Assembly: GCA_030432755.1 (NCBI GenBank) | Contig: JAUILZ010000003.1 | Coordinates: 195,863-259,862 of the forward strand | From: Gammaproteobacteria bacterium | GTDB taxonomy: Bacteria > Pseudomonadota > Gammaproteobacteria > Arenicellales > Poriferihabitantaceae | DNA length: 64,000 nucleotides | Reading direction: 5' to 3' | Shown: one piece after another, positions 57,332 through 64,000 of the stretch | Numbering within the stretch: position 1 is the first letter of the stretch | How the letters are laid out: each line of letters opens with the position of its first letter | Made by a program: the position numbers and the translations under genes | Notes under the pieces: generated by a model | What the model was told of the DNA's origin: nothing | Seen by the model: only the letters and a program-made list of their open reading frames with translations | Databases searched by the model: none

Positions 57332-57640
57332 ATGGACGGCTGCGCTGCCAACGAACCCTTTGCGCTCCAGGTCACCGACGACAGCATGGCGCCGGAGTTT
57401 CCGAAGGGCTGCATCATCATCAGTGAGCCCAACGGGGCACTCGAAAACGGCTGCTTCGTGGTGGGCGTGCACGAAGAGGAACTGCTCTTCCGCCAGTTGC
57501 TGATCGATGAGTCAGGCTGGCGCCTGCATGCCTTCGGAGATGGCCTCGAAGATATTCCCGTGAGAGGCCCCGCCGACATCCGCGGGCGAGTGATCCAGCG
57601 CGCCGGACGTTCGCGCCGGGAGCGCAAGCATTACGCCTGA
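57332..57640 (+). CDS. Stand-alone S24 (LexA/UmuD-type) peptidase-fold protein without a DNA-binding domain
   Basis: FALQVTDDSMAPEFPKGCIIISEP...GCFVVGVHEEELLFRQL...IRGRVIQR aligns with the LexA/UmuD catalytic core. Ser is conserved; the Lys position reads Arg. The start and frame upstream are uncertain. Confidence 0.6.
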   Translation: MDGCAANEPFALQVTDDSMAPEFPKGCIIISEPNGALENGCFVVGVHEEELLFRQLLIDESGWRLHAFGDGLEDIPVRGPADIRGRVIQRAGRSRRERKHYA

Positions 57641-57687
57641 GGGCGTCGCGCTCCGCCAGGTTTCCGAACGCCTGCGCCGCAAGGGCT

Positions 57688-58212
57688 TCAGGCCGCCGCC
57701 CGCGCCTCCGCCCAGCGACGCTCGTGCTCGATCAACCAGCGTTTCCGCCCTTCCCCGCCGGCATAGCCGCGCAGTGATCCGTCCCGGCCAATAACGCGAT
57801 GGCAGGGAATGACGATGGATACCGGGTTACGCGCATTGCTGCTGGCCGCCGCGCGCACCGCCGCGGGACGGCCGGCGCGCTCAGCCAACGTGGCGTAATC
57901 CAGCGTGGTCCCGGAGGGAATTCGTCGCAGCTCCCGCCAGACGCTGCGCTGGAAGTCGGTACCGCCGGTTTCCACGGGAAGCCCGTCAAAGGGATCGGCC
58001 ACGCCGGCGAAATAATCATCCAGCGCGGCGTGGAACCTGGTGGATTCGCGTGACTCGGTCAGACGGAATCCCGGGTAACGCCGTCCCAGCAGCGTCGCAA
58101 GCCGCTCCGGATTGCCGGCGAAATCGAGGTACACGAGGGTGTCGTCCCGGAGCACCAGGTCCATGTCCCCCAGCGGGGAATCGTAACAATTGCGAATCAG
58201 TGTCTCGGTCAT
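57688..58212 (-). CDS. ogt: Methylated-DNA--protein-cysteine methyltransferase (Ogt/AdaB-type)
   Basis: PCHRV active site and SNARNPVSIVIPCHRVIG. The ATG overlaps the stop of the upstream Ada-like gene (ATGA). Confidence 0.9.
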   Translation of the reverse strand: MTETLIRNCYDSPLGDMDLVLRDDTLVYLDFAGNPERLATLLGRRYPGFRLTESRESTRFHAALDDYFAGVADPFDGLPVETGGTDFQRSVWRELRRIPSGTTLDYATLAERAGRPAAVRAAASSNARNPVSIVIPCHRVIGRDGSLRGYAGGEGRKRWLIEHERRWAEARAAA

Positions 58213-58784
58213 GTGTGCTTTCCCGTCCGGCGGATCTCGCTCGGGCTGCGTCCGTAGGTCATGTGAAAGGTGTGGTTGAACTGGCGCACGCTGGAGAACC
58301 CCGTCGCCAGCGCGATCTCGGCCATGGCGCGGTCGGTGTCCGTGATCAGCCGCTTGGCGGCGAGCAACCGGCGGCTGCGCGCGACCTGCAACGGGCTCGC
58401 GCCCACGTGCTCGGCGAACAGGCGGCGCAGGTGCCGTGAACCTACCCCGAGACGCTCGGCCAGTTGCTCGACATCGCCGTCGTCGAGCGCGCCATCGTCG
58501 ATCAGCCGAAGCGCCCTTGCCACCGTGGTGCGCACGCCGTTCCAGGCCGGGCTGTGGGGCGCCGACTCCGGGCGGCATCGCAGGCAGGGTCGGAAGCCGG
58601 CCTCCAGCGCCGCCGCGGCGGAAGGAAAAAAGGTGCAGTTCTCCGCCTTCGGCGTGACCGCGGGGCAGACCGGACGGCAGAAGATCCCGGTGCTGGTCAC
58701 GCCGGTAAAGAAACGCCCGTCGTATTCCGGGTTACGCGCCCTGACGGCGGCGTAGCAGTCGTCGAATGCCAGTTCCATGAACAC
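58209..58784 (-). CDS. Ada N-terminal-type methylphosphotriester acceptor / AraC-family regulator (AdaA-like)
   Basis: Zn-Cys4 motif FCRPVCPA...CLRC; C-terminal AraC HTH (IALATGFSSVRQFNHTFHMTYGRSPSEIR). Confidence 0.85.
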   Translation of the reverse strand: MFMELAFDDCYAAVRARNPEYDGRFFTGVTSTGIFCRPVCPAVTPKAENCTFFPSAAAALEAGFRPCLRCRPESAPHSPAWNGVRTTVARALRLIDDGALDDGDVEQLAERLGVGSRHLRRLFAEHVGASPLQVARSRRLLAAKRLITDTDRAMAEIALATGFSSVRQFNHTFHMTYGRSPSEIRRTGKHT

Positions 58785-58916
58785 GAGTATAGCGACTCCG
58801 CCGGGGTGTTATGGCAATTTCCGGAAGCGGACGCCGGCGCCCGGAAATCCGGGTTGCCATCAAAAGGAAACGGGAGCACTGCTCCCGTTCCTTTTCCTGC
58901 TTACCGGTTGTCCGAT

Positions 58917-60200
58917 TCAGGGAATCGCGCTCGCCTCCGGCGCGACGTCGGCATACAACGGGAACTTCCTGCAGATCGCGATCACCTTTTCCTTCACCTC
59001 GGCAATGACGGAGTCGTCACCGAGATTGTCGAGCACATCGCATATCCAGCCGGCAATCTGCCCCGCCTCGTCCGCGCCGAAGCCCCGGGAGGTCATCGCC
59101 GGCGTGCCGATGCGAAGGCCGCTGGTGACGAACGGCGAGCGCGGGTCGTTGGGCACCGCGTTCTTGTTCACCGTGATGTTGGCCCGGCCGAGGGCGGCGT
59201 CCGCGTCCTTGCCGGTGATGCCCTTGCTGATCAGGCTGAGCAGGAACAGGTGATTGTCCGTGCCACCGGAGACGATGTCGTAGCCGCGCGACTGGAACAC
59301 CGACACCATGGCGTTGGCATTATCGAGCACCTGCTGCTGGTAGGCCTTGAATTCGGGCTCCATGGCCTCCTTGAACGCCACCGCCTTGGCGGCAATGACA
59401 TGCATCAGCGGACCGCCCTGGGTGCCCGGAAATACCAGCGAGCTCAGCTTCTTCGTGATCTCGTCGTTGGCCTTCGCCAGGATCATGCCACCGCGGGGGC
59501 CGCGCAGGGTCTTGTGGGTGGTGGTGGTGACGACGTCGGCGATCGGCACCGGGTTGGGATAGTGTCCGGTAGCCACGAGACCGGCGACATGGGCCATGTC
59601 GACGAACAGGTAGGCGCCCACGGCGTCCGCGATCTCGCGGAAACGTTGCCAGTCCATGATGCGCGAATAGGCGGAGAAACCTGCAACGATCATCTTCGGC
59701 TTGTGCTCGCGCGCGAGGTGCTCCACCTCGTCGTAATCCACCTCGCCGGTATCGGTGTTGAGCCCGTACTGAACCGCGTTGTATATCTTGCCGGAGAAGT
59801 TGACGCTCGCGCCGTGGGTCAGGTGGCCACCATGGGCGAGGCTCATGCCGAGGATGGTGTCGCCGGGATCCACCAGCGCCATGTACACCGCGGCGTTCGC
59901 CTGGGAACCGGAATGGGGCTGCACGTTGGCGTAGTCCGCGGAAAACAGCTGGCAGGCGCGGTCGATGGCGAGCACCTCCGCCTTGTCGACGAATTCGCAG
60001 CCGCCGTAGTATCGCTTGCCCGGATAGCCCTCGGCGTACTTGTTGGTCAGCTTTGAACCCTGCGCCGCCATCACCCGTGGGCTGGTGAAGTTTTCCGACG
60101 CGATCAGCTCGATATGGTGCTCCTGGCGCTCCGCCTCGCTGTGCATCGCCGCCGCCAGCTCGGGGTCGAAGTCGGCTATGGACCGTTTTTTGTCAAACAT
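58917..60200 (-). CDS. glyA: Serine hydroxymethyltransferase
   Basis: [15 protein letters not shown]...[11 protein letters not shown]...[13 protein letters not shown] (PLP-Lys). Confidence 0.97.
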   Translation of the reverse strand: MFDKKRSIADFDPELAAAMHSEAERQEHHIELIASENFTSPRVMAAQGSKLTNKYAEGYPGKRYYGGCEFVDKAEVLAIDRACQLFSADYANVQPHSGSQANAAVYMALVDPGDTILGMSLAHGGHLTHGASVNFSGKIYNAVQYGLNTDTGEVDYDEVEHLAREHKPKMIVAGFSAYSRIMDWQRFREIADAVGAYLFVDMAHVAGLVATGHYPNPVPIADVVTTTTHKTLRGPRGGMILAKANDEITKKLSSLVFPGTQGGPLMHVIAAKAVAFKEAMEPEFKAYQQQVLDNANAMVSVFQSRGYDIVSGGTDNHLFLLSLISKGITGKDADAALGRANITVNKNAVPNDPRSPFVTSGLRIGTPAMTSRGFGADEAGQIAGWICDVLDNLGDDSVIAEVKEKVIAICRKFPLYADVAPEASAIP

Positions 60201-60333
60201 GGATAAAACTCCTGAATATTGCGATAAGAAACTGTTCGCGCCGCCGGGAATTGACGCCAAACAGCCAATTTTAAGCAACCCCGCGGGGCTTGGATAGTAG
60301 GGTTTTGCCTCGTCCTCGAGATAGCCGGGTCCA

Positions 60334-64000
<3,667 letters not shown>

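Noticed and set aside
57130-57426. 98-aa ORF as an independent gene.
   Set aside because: Most of it has no recognisable features and overlaps the S24 ORF. Only its last-start segment (ATG 57292 with SD) is retained as a possible true start of the S24 gene (see findings).

Overview
GC-rich window with gammaproteobacteria-like gene order (rho-trxA-rhlB, prfB-lysS-lolCD, glyA, tgt-queA). 1-23.3 kb and 57.3-64 kb hold ordinary core genes: translation, DNA repair, Lon, Lol lipoprotein sorting and tRNA modification. Between tRNA-Leu(CAG) (23304-23390) and about 57.1 kb lies a roughly 34 kb accessory segment in three parts. (i) A visibly AT-richer islet of about 5.8 kb (23.4-29.2 kb) carries an OmpR-type regulator and histidine kinase, two MipA/OmpV-type outer-membrane proteins (one fused to a PepSY domain), a Tat-signal amidohydrolase and an internally deleted IS3-family relic. 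(ii) A cysteine-dioxygenase-like cupin is paired with a group II PLP decarboxylase. (iii) A two-partner secretion (TPS) locus has a ShlB/FhaC-type transporter and a cargo gene that is one uninterrupted 23.7 kb ORF of 7,910 codons. The giant ORF has at least four different internal repeat architectures, several non-repeat inserts, a unique C-terminal cysteine pair, and no recognisable toxin/immunity cassette. This giant exoprotein locus and its flanking genes are the most unusual content of the window. The flanking genes are the cupin and decarboxylase downstream and a stand-alone S24-fold gene upstream. All calls come from reading the sequence and ORF track by eye. Domain boundaries inside the giant gene are approximate (about +/-100 nt). 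Family assignments are motif-based and need HMM or BLAST confirmation.
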